Positions 23,168 through 34,322 of a stretch of 64,000 nucleotides of DNA are shown here, piece by piece (within the stretch, counting starts at the first letter, position 1; each line of letters starts with the position of its first letter). The position numbers and the translations under genes were made by a program. The DNA is from Macrostomum hystrix (taxonomy: Eukaryota; Animalia; Platyhelminthes): NCBI GenBank assembly GCA_950097015.1, contig CATNEN010000025.1, positions 5,084,001 to 5,148,000 on the forward strand, in the 5' to 3' direction. The notes below the pieces were generated by a model, which was not told where the DNA came from, ran no database searches, and saw nothing but the letters and a program-made list of their open reading frames with translations.

Positions 23168-24842
23168 TGCTTGTAGGTTGTAGGTGTTATTAAACATAAT
23201 TACACTCATGTAATTGGGTGTAATCTGGTGTATCTGTATTACTAATTCGATCTGTGACCCAACAATTTGTAATATTGAATCACGAGCAGCTAAGTTATTG
23301 CATTAATTATACTTTGTATGATCCCGTGTTTCGTGTTGTTATGATAAAATGATTCATTGTTTGTTTCTATTTGGTTATCTGACATGTCTATGCTTTTTTA
23401 ATACATTCATTTTGCTGCCCGGCATGTTGATCTAAGGGAGAGTTAGAATTGGTGTGTTTTTACGTGCGTGTATTACAGTTATTGTTTAGGTTAGTGTTTG
23501 CTTGGGTTTGTACTTTCGTTTTTAGTATTACGAGTATCGGTCACATTCGTAAGAATTTTATTATTGTTAGAATATCAATAAAACTAACATTCTATGATTT
23601 TAATTTATGTTTTTCGGATATAAATATAAATACGTACAATAGGAGCTGTTGCATAAGTAACTGATAAAAGTTTACTTTTGATGAATACAGCTCTTAAAAG
23701 CACTTTAAACATAAATGCGTAAAATAAATATTATTGATTTCACATAGTACCAAAACTGTGGTGGTGGTGCTCCCTGTAAACTTACGATTATAAAGTCGTG
23801 GCTATTTTTCATTGAAGACCTCGCTCCCTATTTAATTGAGGCAAGCAGATCATGCCTCTGCTTATCGTTGCATAACGAAATGTTGTCAAAATCGGTCGCG
23901 CTCATTTTTGGATTCGATATTTTCCGCGAAAGCCTATCGTGAATAATTCTACAATTTCACTGCTTGTTGTATTTAAAGTGTATGGTCTATGTACACGAAT
24001 TTAATTTCAATATAGGAACTACATAGAAAACGGTAGGTATTCTTGCTTCTTGCTATTCTTTGCTTAAGCATGTTGAATCCACGAATGAATATATATTTTA
24101 AGGCAATATTTAATAAACTCAGCTAGAAACGAGTTAGCTATGTATACCATAGTCCATAGCTAATTAATTAATATTTTCGTATACCATACTAGGAACAAAA
24201 TATTTAGCGTGCATATTAAAACATAGCATTTACCTTTTTTAATAGGCATACATAATTTCGCTGTTCTCAAAGTCAAAGCCAATATATATATTTAATGTTG
24301 TTTGAAGCATATATGTTGTTTGAAGGTAGCTATTGCTAAAAATGGAGCACAAATTACGCCTTATTAATAGTTTATATGCAATGCTATATAAAGTTGAGGT
24401 AAGATTTTTTTCTTTTAACCCTAGAATTTTTTGTTGAATAAAATATTTGTATAGCAATTAACTCCTTAACCACAGGACTAGTTTAGCATTGGTAAGCTTT
24501 GAGAGCCAACAGGACGGGCTTAAGAAATCACTTTAATATACTGTGAGTTAGTCTGAGCTAGTAAAACTAAAGCTTGGCACTAGCATTTTAGATATAAAAA
24601 GCTAATTTTAGGACACATTTGCAATTTGAGCACTATATGGCTAGCAATCAAAATGATACAATTTTTTTGATAATTTCCAACTAAAATAATGATATATTAT
24701 ATTGTATTTGTTTTGGTTTTCTATTAGTAGCTACTTTTAATAACAATTTAACATAGGTGATTTTGTCATAATATTAATATAGCTGCTGTCTGCAACAAAA
24801 GTCTATTGTAATTTGTATTAGTAATAGTAATATTGTATTAGT

Positions 24843-25141
24843 AATAATTGATTACACCTGCCCCAATTGGGTCAGATGTACAGCAGACAGCACAGCCGCA
24901 GCTAATGCGCGGCGCATCCTGAAGGTTGCGTACAGCTGTTCAGTCCACGGACTGGGGGGACGCCACACCCACCTTCAATTATCCCAGCTGATGCTGGTAC
25001 CCATTTAACAGCTGGGTGAACTGAAGCAATGCAGAGTTAAGTGTCTTGCTAAAGGACACAAATTGTTCCAGCGGAGTCGGGAATCGAACCCCCGACCTTC
25101 AAGTCGTGAGTCCGACGCCCTAACCACTAGGCTACAACCTC
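24843..25141 (-). mobile_element. SINE family B, full-length
   Basis: As above. Only a few substitutions relative to the 22.9-kb copy. Confidence 0.9.
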
Positions 25142-25443
25142 TACTCCTATACGCCTATACGCCTATACACCTCTACTCCTATACTCCTCTACTCCTACAA
25201 CCTCCTACATGCCCATTTTCATTAGGTAACTCTTTAATACTACAACTGGAGAGAATTTAGTTAACTAGCAACATTACCGAAGTTAGATAAAAGGCAAGAA
25301 ATGATGGCCAAACATTTTCAGATAAGAAACCTTGATTGTAATTTTAATTGTTCACAACTTAAAAAAATGATAAAGGAATGCTGAGTTTTACTTAGTTCAA
25401 TTTTAGTGCCTAACTCAAGCACTGCACTTGCAACATTACAGTC

Positions 25444-28400
25444 ATGCGCTGGCTTCTGAGCCCTGGTAGAATCGGACAGCTAGTTAGCCTGACAAAACGC
25501 TCCATGTCTTACAATAGCCTCCTACATGCCCAAGCCTTTGTTAATGGCGAGTGGGTTAATGCAGCTAGCGGCGAGAAATTTGCTGTCCGTAATCCAAGCA
25601 CTGGTGATGAGGTCGGCCTGGTGCCCGACATGGGCGCCGCTGATGCCGAGGTCGCCGTTGCTCATGCTCAGGTTTGAGTCGCAATTGCAGTTTCATGTTG
25701 CTAGGGCATACATATAGCATATGACCGATATTGACGGATGCTTGCAGCTGTCAGAGTGACGGATGCTTGCAGCTGTCAGAGTGACGGATGCTTGCAGCTG
25801 TCAGAGTGACGGATGCTTGCAGCTGTCAGAGTGACGGATGCTTGCAGCTGTCAGAGTGACGGATGCTTGCAGCTGAGAGTGTGACGGATGCTTGCAGCTG
25901 TCAGAGTGACGGATGCTTGCAGCTGTCAGAGTGACGGATGCTTGCAGCTGTCAGAGTGACGGATGCTTGCAGCTGTCAGAGTGACGGATGCTTGCAGCTG
26001 TCAGAGTGACGGATGCTTGCAGCTGTCAGAGTGACGGATGCTTGCAGCTGTCAGAGTGACGGAAGCTTCACTTCTGCTTGCACTTATGTCAATCGAAAGG
26101 CCGCCTTCGAGCAATGGCGGTGCAAGACTCCAAGCCAGCGGGCTGCCCACCTGCTTCGCTGGGAGCGCCTGATCCAGGAACGCACGGAGGACCTGGCCGC
26201 CCTCATAACGATGGAGAACGGCAAGCCATTGGCTGAGTCCCGCGTGGAGGTAGCCTACGGCAACTCCTTCATCGGCTGGTTCGCCGAGGAGGGCCGCAGG
26301 ATCTACGGCCAGACGCTGCAGGGGGCGACGCCGGAGAAGCGCATCGTCACACTGAAGCAGCCGCAGGGTCAGATTTGATTTCCATTTCTAGGAAACTAGA
26401 CCTCCATTTCGCATTTCTTAGAAACTTGACCTTTATTTCGCATTTCTGAGAAACTTGACCTCCATTTCGCATTACTTAGAAACTTGACCCCCATTTCAAA
26501 TTTCTTGGAAACTTTACCCCTATTTCGCATTTCTTAGAAACTTGACCTCCATTTCGCATTTCTTAGAAACTTGACCTCCATTTCGCAGTTCTTAGAAACT
26601 ACAAGTTGCCTGTCTCAAACGTACCCAAATGACTTTAACCTCCAAATGTACCTGGGCATAAGAAAGTTCACCTCCTTTCACCCGGCAGGCGTGTGCGGCA
26701 TGATAACGCCGTGGAATTTTCCCGCCGCGATGATCACCCGCAAAGCTGGCGCAGCCCTGGCCGCTGGCTGCACTGTTGTGATCAAGCCTGCGGAGGACAC
26801 GCCCCTGACTGCTCTGGCCCTGTGCCAGCTGGCCGCTGAGGCACAGCTGCCGCCTGGCGCCATCAATGTGGTCACCTGTTCCCGCAGCCATGCGGCTGAG
26901 GTTGGCCGTGTTCTGACCACTAGTCCCACTGTGAAGCACATCAGTTTCACTGGCTCCACTGACACTGGCAAGCTGCTACTCGCCCAGGCCGCAGGCACGG
27001 TTAAGCGAGCCACCATGGAGCTGGGTGGCAACGCGCCTTTCATTGTATTCGACTCTGCCGATGTTGACAAGGCTGTGAGATTTTAGCTGTGGATTTGCTG
27101 ATTTGAGAGAAATCTGCCTGCTGTCTGCTCATAACCCCAACTCATAAGCGGTCATTTTCACAAATCATAATCGGTCATTACCCTAACTCAAAATCGGTCA
27201 TTACCCCAAATCATAATCGGTCATTACCCTAACTCAAAATCGTCATTACACCAACTCAAAATCGGTCATTATCCCAAATCATAATCAGTCATGAGTCATT
27301 GCCCCAAATCATAATCAGTCATTGCCCTAACTCAAACTCGGGTTTTACCCCAAATCATAATCGGTCACTACAATAACTCATTATCGGTCATTACCCCAAA
27401 TCATAATCGGTCATTACCCTAACTCAAAATCGGTCATTACACCAACTCAAAATCGGTCATTATCCCAAATCATAATCGGTCATTATCCCAAATCATAATC
27501 AGTCATGAGTCATTGCCCCAAATCATAATCAGTCATGAGTCATTGCCCCAAATCATAATCAGTCATGAGTCTTTGCCCCAAATCATAATCAGTCATTGCC
27601 CCAACTCAAACTCGGGTTTTACCCCAAATCATAATCGGTCACTACAATAACTCATTATCGGTCATTACCCAAATTATAATCGGTCATTTCCCCAACTCAA
27701 AATCGGTCATACCCCAAAACAAAATCGGTCATTTCCTAACTCATGATCGGTCATTTCCCAACTCATATCAGTCATTACCCTAACTGATAATCGGTCATTA
27801 CCCCAACTCCTATTTGGTCATTACCCCAACTTCTAACCAGTGTGTCATTACAATAACTCCTATGAAGTCGGCCATTTCACTAGCTTCAAAGCTGTCAGTC
27901 ATTGTGTTAAGGTTATTCTAAAGTTCTAAACGATCATTACCTTTAATTGTTACTGATTATTACTTAACTGTCGGACTGGTCGTACCTAAATTCTAAAACA
28001 GCCTCCTTTTTTTCTATGTTCTGAATCAAATTATATCGTCCACTAGCATTCTAACAAGTCACCACCCCTTCTCCTCTACGTCATTCGTTCCGTCAAAGTT
28101 TTCAACGCTTCCATAACGCAACTTCCGCATCAATTAAAACCGTGTCCAGGTGACGGGTCTGATGCAGGCGAAGTTTCGCAACACTGGCCAGACCTGCGTC
28201 TCTCCCAACCGGGTCTTCCTGCAGGCTGGCATTCGCGATGCCTTCCTGGCCAAGCTGTGCGAGCGAGTCGCTCAGCTGAAGGTCGGCGATGGATTTCAGG
28301 TTGGCTTCTTAGAATCTGTACTTTTCACTAAATACACTGCCCACCTGTTCATTGAGTGTGAGCAAACTGCTCACCTAGTCACTGAGTTTGAGCACACTCC

Positions 28401-29311
28401 TCACCTAGTCACTGAGTTTGAGCACACTCCTCACCTAGTCACTGAGTTTGAGCACACTCCTCACCTAGTCACTGAGTTTGAGCACACTCCTCACCTTTTC
28501 ACTGAGCACACTGCTCACCTGTTCACTGAGTACACTGCTCACCTGTTCACTGAGAACAATGCTCACCTGTTCACTGAGCACACTGCTCACCTGTTCACTG
28601 AGCACACTGCTCACCTCTTCACTGAGCACACTCCTCACCTTTTCACTGAGCACACTGCTCAACTGTTCACTGAGCACAATGCTCACCTGTTCACTGAGCA
28701 CAATGCACACCTGTTCACTGAGTTTGAGCCCACTGCTCATACCAGTCAATCCTAGCCTGTCATTTCGAATTTGCTCCGGCACTCGCTCAGTCACCCACGC
28801 CACCCTCTTCAAATAGTCTGACGTGCACCTTGGTCCGCTGATCAACGCCGCCGCCCAGTCTAAGCTGGAGCGCCTGCTGGCTGACGCAAAGCAGCGCGGT
28901 GGTCGGATTTTGTTCGGCGGGCAGCCGGTGAGCGTCGGCTCCGGTGGCGGGAACTTCTTCCAGCCCACAGTGGTATCCGATATCGGCCGCGACTCGGCCT
29001 GCTTCCGCGAAGAGATCTTCGGCCCGCTAGTGGCGGCCTTCGAATTCTCCACCGAAGCCGAGGTGGTGCAGCTGGCCAACGACTGCCGGGTCGGCCTGGC
29101 TGGCTATTTCTATTCGGCCGATGTTAACCAGTGCTGGCGAGTCTCCGAGCAGCTCAACGTAGGCATGGTGGGCGTCAATGAGTCTCTCATCGGCTCCTGC
29201 ATTGCGCCATTCGGTGGCTGGAATGAATCCGGTTTGGGCAGCGAATCAGGCGTCGGCTACGGCATCGATGAGTATCTCAACCTGAAGACGGTTGTGTACA
29301 ACGTGGCCTGA
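25444..29311 (+). CDS. ALDH5A1: Succinate-semialdehyde dehydrogenase, mitochondrial (508 aa)
   Basis: Exons 25444-25671, 26100-26367, 26689-27074, 28150-28299, 28817-29311 total 1527 nt in frame. Motifs ITPWNFP, KPAEDTP, FTGST, catalytic Glu ELGGNAP, catalytic Cys [19 protein letters not shown]. The succinate-binding Arg residues ([12 protein letters not shown]) are present. Basic N-terminal presequence-like segment. Confidence 0.95.
25732..26060. repeat. Minisatellite, 25-bp CTTGCAGCTGTCAGAGTGACGGATG (ALDH5A1 intron 1)
   Basis: About 13 near-perfect copies. Confidence 0.95.
26375..26600. repeat. Minisatellite, 29-bp TTTCTTAGAAACTTGACCTCCATTTCGCA (ALDH5A1 intron 2)
   Basis: About 7 diverged copies starting right after the donor site. 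Confidence 0.9.
27130..27840. repeat. Minisatellite, about 23-bp CATAATCGGTCATTACCCCAAAT (ALDH5A1 intron 3)
   Basis: Diverged tandem units. Confidence 0.9.
28325..28745. repeat. Minisatellite, 24/30-bp CACCTGTTCACTGAG(TTTGAG)CACACTGCT (ALDH5A1 intron 4)
   Basis: Tandem units. Makes the ORF-track ORF 28150..28755 read through the intron. Confidence 0.92.
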
Positions 29312-29445
29312 GTTTGATTTCTTGGATATTTAATAATCTATCTTCCATGGTAATTCGATTTTAATGATGTAGAAAATACGTTCAACAAACAAAAGCCGGT
29401 CTTGTTAGGCTAGAAGATACCGAGAAAACGGCTAATTACGGGCTG

Positions 29446-29640
29446 AGCTAAAAATAGAAACTGACGTCATCGAAGTATGCTAATCTTAAATCGAAAATGC
29501 TGATATGATCACACAGTACAGGACGGAGCTAAAATAGAAAATGACGTCATCACAGTATGCTTAAATGTTCCGGAAAATGCTGATAAAATCGCTCAGTACT
29601 GTGCGAAGCTAAAAATAGAATCTGACGTCATTGAAGTCGG
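29446..29640. repeat. About 80-bp tandem repeat (2.5 copies), each carrying a TGACGTCA palindrome
   Basis: GCTAAAA(A)TAGAA..TGACGTCAT, with the palindromes at 29462, 29542 and 29623. Confidence 0.85.
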
Positions 29641-29894
29641 CTAGAAGGGCCATAAGATGAGCTAAGGATATCGCTGAACTCATGGGAGCTAAAAATGGAA
29701 AGTGGAACATTTTTTGTGGGCTAAAAACTCTAAGATGAAGGCTGCTGAGCTGTATATGGAGTTGTTTATAAAAGTGACAAAGTTGTTTTATTTGCATTGT
29801 ACCATGACCTTTTTGCCCGTCGGGCAGAAAGTCTTGCCCGTTAATGGCCATAGATGAATTAATGCTCGGTAATTTTCTAGCGGGCAGTAAATAG

Positions 29895-30460
29895 CCATTA
29901 ACCGCCCGCAAAAAGGTATCGACTAATAGGAATGGCTTACTGAGGCTAAAATGTCTATGGCACTCCGAAGTGGGGGCTCTGCCCCGCACCCCTCGGTCAC
30001 AGACATTGACATATAACCAAGTGTGCGTAAACGTCTCAAGCTCGTGTATAGTTTTTGGCCCTAAGGCCATCAAAGAAATAGATTGAAGTGTGCAGTAAAT
30101 CCCGCAACTGTGCGGTAAATGTGCGGCTACTTGATCTCCGTGCCATCCCTCTTCTGAGCTACTATGCAGTAAATCCCAGACGGGTATTGTCTATGGGCCG
30201 AAGGAGCTGGTCTTGCGCACACAAACTTGGTCATAAATCAATGCACTTATGCTAGGCTTCCTAGTGCGTAAATAGTCTATGGCACTCGTGCGCTGCGTGC
30301 ACTCGTGCCAAGACTATTTACGCACTCGGAAGCCTAGCATAAATCTACCATTAACCGCCCGCAAAAAGGTATCGACTAATAGGAACGGCTTACTGAGGCT
30401 AAAATGTCTATGGCACCTCGAAGTGGGGGCTCTGCCCCGCACCCCTCGGTCACAGATATT
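29895..30460. repeat. Two direct repeats of about 113 bp (29895-30010, 30348-30460) enclosing a 96-nt inverted repeat (30247-30342)
   Basis: CCATTAACCGCCCGCAAAAAGGTATCGACTAATAGGAA...CCCCTCGGTCACAGA occurs twice, 453 bp apart. Hairpin arms TTATGCTAGGCTTCC-TAGTGCGTAAATAGTCT-ATGGCAC / GTGCCA-AGACTATTTACGCACT-CGGAAGCCTAGCATAA. Confidence 0.9.
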
Positions 30461-31428
30461 GATGCCCGCATAGCCGGTCTTCTTTACATCATGGCCCAAT
30501 AAACACAGAGCGCTATTCAAATTCAGATGTTTTTTTCGTTTTCCCATATTTTTCCATCAGCAAAATGTTTGTTTTAGACTACTTTTAGGTAGTAGCAAAT
30601 ATCTTTTTTTCGGCTTTTTTATTCCCAAGTAACGAGATTGATCTGATGATTATCTAAAGAAATAAATGATGCTGAATTATGGTTTATCCGTGATTTCTCG
30701 AGTGTTGAGAATTTTGCAATCTATTGCAGTGCAATTTCGAACTATTCTAACAAAAAAATCTGAACCGTATTCTGCAATACTATATTATTTATGACGAAGA
30801 ATTGCAGTGTTCTACTGTAAATTTTTTTTCTAATGCAAACTTTCAGACAGTGTGCAGTGCATGCGGTACATAACTTCGTCGAAACTTGCGAAAATTCTGA
30901 GCTAAATTTAAATTCTAGATATTTAAGATTCTATATATAGAAGACTTTGTTAAATTCCATCTGCTAGATACTATGAAATTGTGATTGCTGGTGACAACAA
31001 TGATTTATAACTTTGCTAACTTTTCGCTGACTTTGGGGTGGGTACAGCTAGCCAATCAGCGTTGAGCACCAGCTTTCGGGTGTCACATTGTTACGTGTTC
31101 TCGTTAGCTCAACCCAGAATAGGTGCGTGAGTCTTAAAGAAAATCATGAATTACATATTTTTCGCGTACTTGTTTTGATCAAGGAAAACTAGAAGAAGAA
31201 GCACTGGACACATCATTTCTAGGAAATTTTAATAAAAGCTGATTTTCACAGAAAAAAATCACTAGCGAGATTTTAATGAGAAAAACATGAGAAGTTCCCA
31301 TCTCGCTAGTGCCTTTTTCCGCGAAAATCTGCTTTTAATCAATTTTCCAAGAAACGAAGTTTCTGGTCCTTGGTTTTGATTTCTGCCCCCAATGGTCGAC
31401 AGCAGTTTTGACAAGAGACTATTTACAA

Positions 31429-32285
31429 CAGGGGTCGGCAAACTCCGGCCCGCGGGCCAGATCCGGCCCTCGAAGCTCCCAAATCCGGCCCGTTGCCCCT
31501 TCCGACACTTATAGTATCTTGTTTCATCTCTCCTGTGTCTCATCTCTCCTGTGTCTCATCTCTCCTGTGTCTCATCTCTCCTGTGTCTCATCTCTCCTGT
31601 GTCTCATCTCTCCTGTGTCTCATCTCTCCTGTGTCTCATCTCTCCTGTGTCTCATCTCTCCTGTGTCTCATCTCTCCTGTGTCTCATCTCTCCTGTGTCT
31701 CATCTCTCCTGTGTCTCATCTCTCCTGTGTCTCAACTCTCCTGTGTCTCATCTCTCCTGTGTCTCATCTCTCCTGTGTCTCATCTCTCCTGTGTCTCATC
31801 TCTCCTGTGTCTCATCTCTCCTGTGTCTCAACTCTCCTGTGTCTCTTCTCTCCTGTGTCTCATCTCTCCTGTGTCTCATCTCTCCTGTGTCTCATCTCTC
31901 CTGTGTCTCATCTCTCCTGTGTCTCATCTCTCCTGTGTCTCATCTCTCCTGTGTCTCAACTCTCCTGTGTCTCATCTCTCCTGTGTCTCATCTCTCCTGT
32001 GTCTCATCTCTCCTGTGTCTCATCTCTCCTGTGTCTCATCTCTCCTGTGTCTCAACTCTCCTGTGTCTCTTCTCTCCTGTGTCTCATCTCTCCTGTGTCT
32101 CATCTCTCCTGTGTCTCAACTCTCCTGTGTCTCATCTCTCCTGTGTCTCATCTCTCCTGTGTCTCATCTCTCCTGTGTCTCAACTCTCCCCTTTCTCACA
32201 TTTCTACAATCAATGCGGCCCGCTGTAGTATTTTACGTTTTCTCTTTGGCCCGCTACATGTAGCTAATAAGTTTGCCGAGCCCTG
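31429..32285. mobile_element. Non-autonomous hAT (Charlie-like) MITE carrying an internal minisatellite
   Basis: 16-bp TIRs CAGGGGTCGGCAAACT / AGTTTGCCGAGCCCTG (1 mismatch). Perfect 8-bp TSD ATTTACAA at 31421-31428 and 32286-32293. Confidence 0.95.
31510..32190. repeat. Minisatellite, 16-bp CATCTCTCCTGTGTCT inside the MITE
   Basis: About 42 copies. Confidence 0.97.
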
Positions 32286-32480
32286 ATTTACAAGAAGAAA
32301 CTTATTTTCCTTCAGCTTGGCCCTGCCCTGCCGCAGCAGCGGTATTGTCTATGGCTAAAAGCCTGACCGAATTGCCTGAAGGCCCAGCATGGTATTAGTT
32401 TTCGCTCACAGAAGCCTCTGCTGAATATTAGCTCTGGGTGTCAGGTTGAACTATCATCGCTAAAGCACGCTACTAGAGCT

Positions 32481-32927
32481 ATGAACACCGACTGCTACAA
32501 TTTTGAGAGGTTGGCCCAGCAGGAGACACCAACTGAACTAAATGATAATCTGCAGTGGAAAGGCTGCATCGATCGGTGGAGGCGAAGTCGCGAGAAATGG
32601 CGCATCGAGGCGCTTGGCCTGCAGCGTCAGCTATGCGAAGCCACTAGCAACGCTTATCACTGGCGCCAGAGGACCATTCAGAGTCAAGCTGAGCTGAACA
32701 AAGTACGCGTCAATCTTAACGACTGGCACAGCGAGACAATGCGCTGTCGCGACGCGGCCCAACGGTGGAAAGGCGAGGCGGTTCGCTGGCGCCAACAGGC
32801 GGTAGACTGGAAGCGGCGATGCATAGAGATCATGGAGAGGAAGGACGACCAGCAGCTTGCGGAGTTGTGCAAGGCCAGGCAGAGTCACTGCGCCAAACTG
32901 CGACACATTTTCAAAGCGAAGCTGTGA
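32481..32927 (+). CDS. Orphan coiled-coil protein, 148 aa, Trp in a strict heptad register
   Basis: Non-repetitive DNA that is GC-richer than its flanks. Trp at residues 26, 33, 40, 61, 82, 96, 103 and 110 (all 5 mod 7). Charged and Gln-rich helix-forming composition. The frame stays open about 70 nt upstream of the ATG. Confidence 0.6.
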   Translation: MNTDCYNFERLAQQETPTELNDNLQWKGCIDRWRRSREKWRIEALGLQRQLCEATSNAYHWRQRTIQSQAELNKVRVNLNDWHSETMRCRDAAQRWKGEAVRWRQQAVDWKRRCIEIMERKDDQQLAELCKARQSHCAKLRHIFKAKL

Positions 32928-33250
32928 CCGACCTCATGATCTCCTAGTGCGTCTCTGCCCTATATCTTGTGTTATACCATTGTAAATTGCTTTATTGTCG
33001 AATTACATTTGCAGTTTTTGGTCCTAAAAAACTGCTTACCTTTTCTTAAACATTTGTCTTGTATTCTGTATTGCTTAGCCTGCCTGCTCCGCGTTCTAAC
33101 TGCATAAAGTTGGTCATCCTGTCTTCAAATATACACCCACGGGGTGGCTTAGCGGGTGGGCCGAATTTCTCATATTTTTTCGCTACCTCCGTGCGTACTG
33201 TTGTTTTAACTGACTGAGGCTTTGTGTCATTTGTGGCAGTTCCACAACTT

Positions 33251-33425
33251 CCACTGACTCCTGAGCACACACGCACTCAGATACTGTACGCAGGCAGTAG
33301 GTGTGTACATCTGCCCTGACTTTTTAATCGTCAGGCAGTGTACACTCCCACTGTACGTTGGAGGTTTGCCCTCAAGGCCGTAAATTTAACGAAATGCGCC
33401 CATGACTTCTCTCTTGGGGAGCCAC
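33251..33425 (-). mobile_element. SINE family A fragment, decayed
   Basis: CTGACTCCTGAGCACACACGCAC..GTGTACATCTGCCCTGAC..GTCAGGCAGTGTACAC. Confidence 0.8.
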
Positions 33426-33684
33426 GGCATTGTGAGAGATACAATTCAGACTACTGACAACAGTAGAAAAGCAAAGACTTGGCTGCAAAACTCTCACATA
33501 ACACTAAAAAGTATCGCCATAAAAATGGCAAGCTTAAAAGAGACTTCTGTGCACACTGAGAGTGGTGGGAGAGGACGGCGTGTGGCTATGGCTGACTGAC
33601 GAAGGCAAACAAACCAGAAACCGGTCTCGGTCTGCCAGCACGAGGTTCGTTCCCCACTTTTAGTGTTACAGGCATCGCTTGTCA

Positions 33685-34322
33685 GCTGTCAGCTGTGAGG
33701 CTTGTCAGCTGTGAGGCTTGTCAGCTGTGAGGCTTGTCAGCTGTGAGGACTGTCAGCTGTGAGACTTGTCAGCTGTGAGGCTTGTCAGCTGTGAGGCTTG
33801 TCAGCTGTGAGGCTTGTCAGCTGTGAGGCTTGTCAGCTGTGAGGCTTGTCAGCTGTGAGGCTTGTCAGCTGTGAGGCTTGTCAGCTGTGAGGCTTGTCAG
33901 CTGTGAGGCTTGTCAGCTGTGAGGCTTGTCAGCTGTGAGGCTTGTCAGCTGTGAGGCTTGTCAGCTGTGAGGCTTGTCAGCTGTGAGGCTTGTCAGCTGT
34001 GAGGCTTGTCAGCTGTGAGGCTTGTCAGCTGTGAGGCTTGTCAGCTGTGAGGCTTGTCAGCTGTGAGGCTTGTCAGCTGTGAGGCTTGTCAGCTGTGAGG
34101 CTTGTCAGCTGTGAGGCTTGTCAGCTGTGAGGCTTGTCAGCTGTGAGGCTTGTCAGCTGTGAGGCTTGTCAGCTGTGAGGCTTGTCAGCTGTGAGGCTTG
34201 TCACCTGTGAGGCTTGTCAGCTGTGAGGCTTGTCAGCTGTGAGGCTTGTCAGCTGTGTGGATTGTCAGCTGTGAGGCTTGTCAGCTGTGTGGCTTGTCAG
34301 CTGTGTGGCTTGTCAGCTGTGA
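33685..34322. repeat. Minisatellite, 16-bp TCAGCTGTGAGGCTTG
   Basis: About 40 near-perfect copies. Confidence 0.97.

Noticed and set aside
21875-25141. tRNA genes suggested by A/B boxes
   Set aside because: The heads continue into shared SINE bodies and lack a complete acceptor stem. They are tRNA-derived SINEs, not tRNAs.
28300-28755. Apparent His/Thr-rich C-terminal extension of SSADH
   Set aside because: Read-through into the intron 4 minisatellite. A GT donor at 28300 and an AG acceptor at 28815-28816 restore the canonical enzyme.
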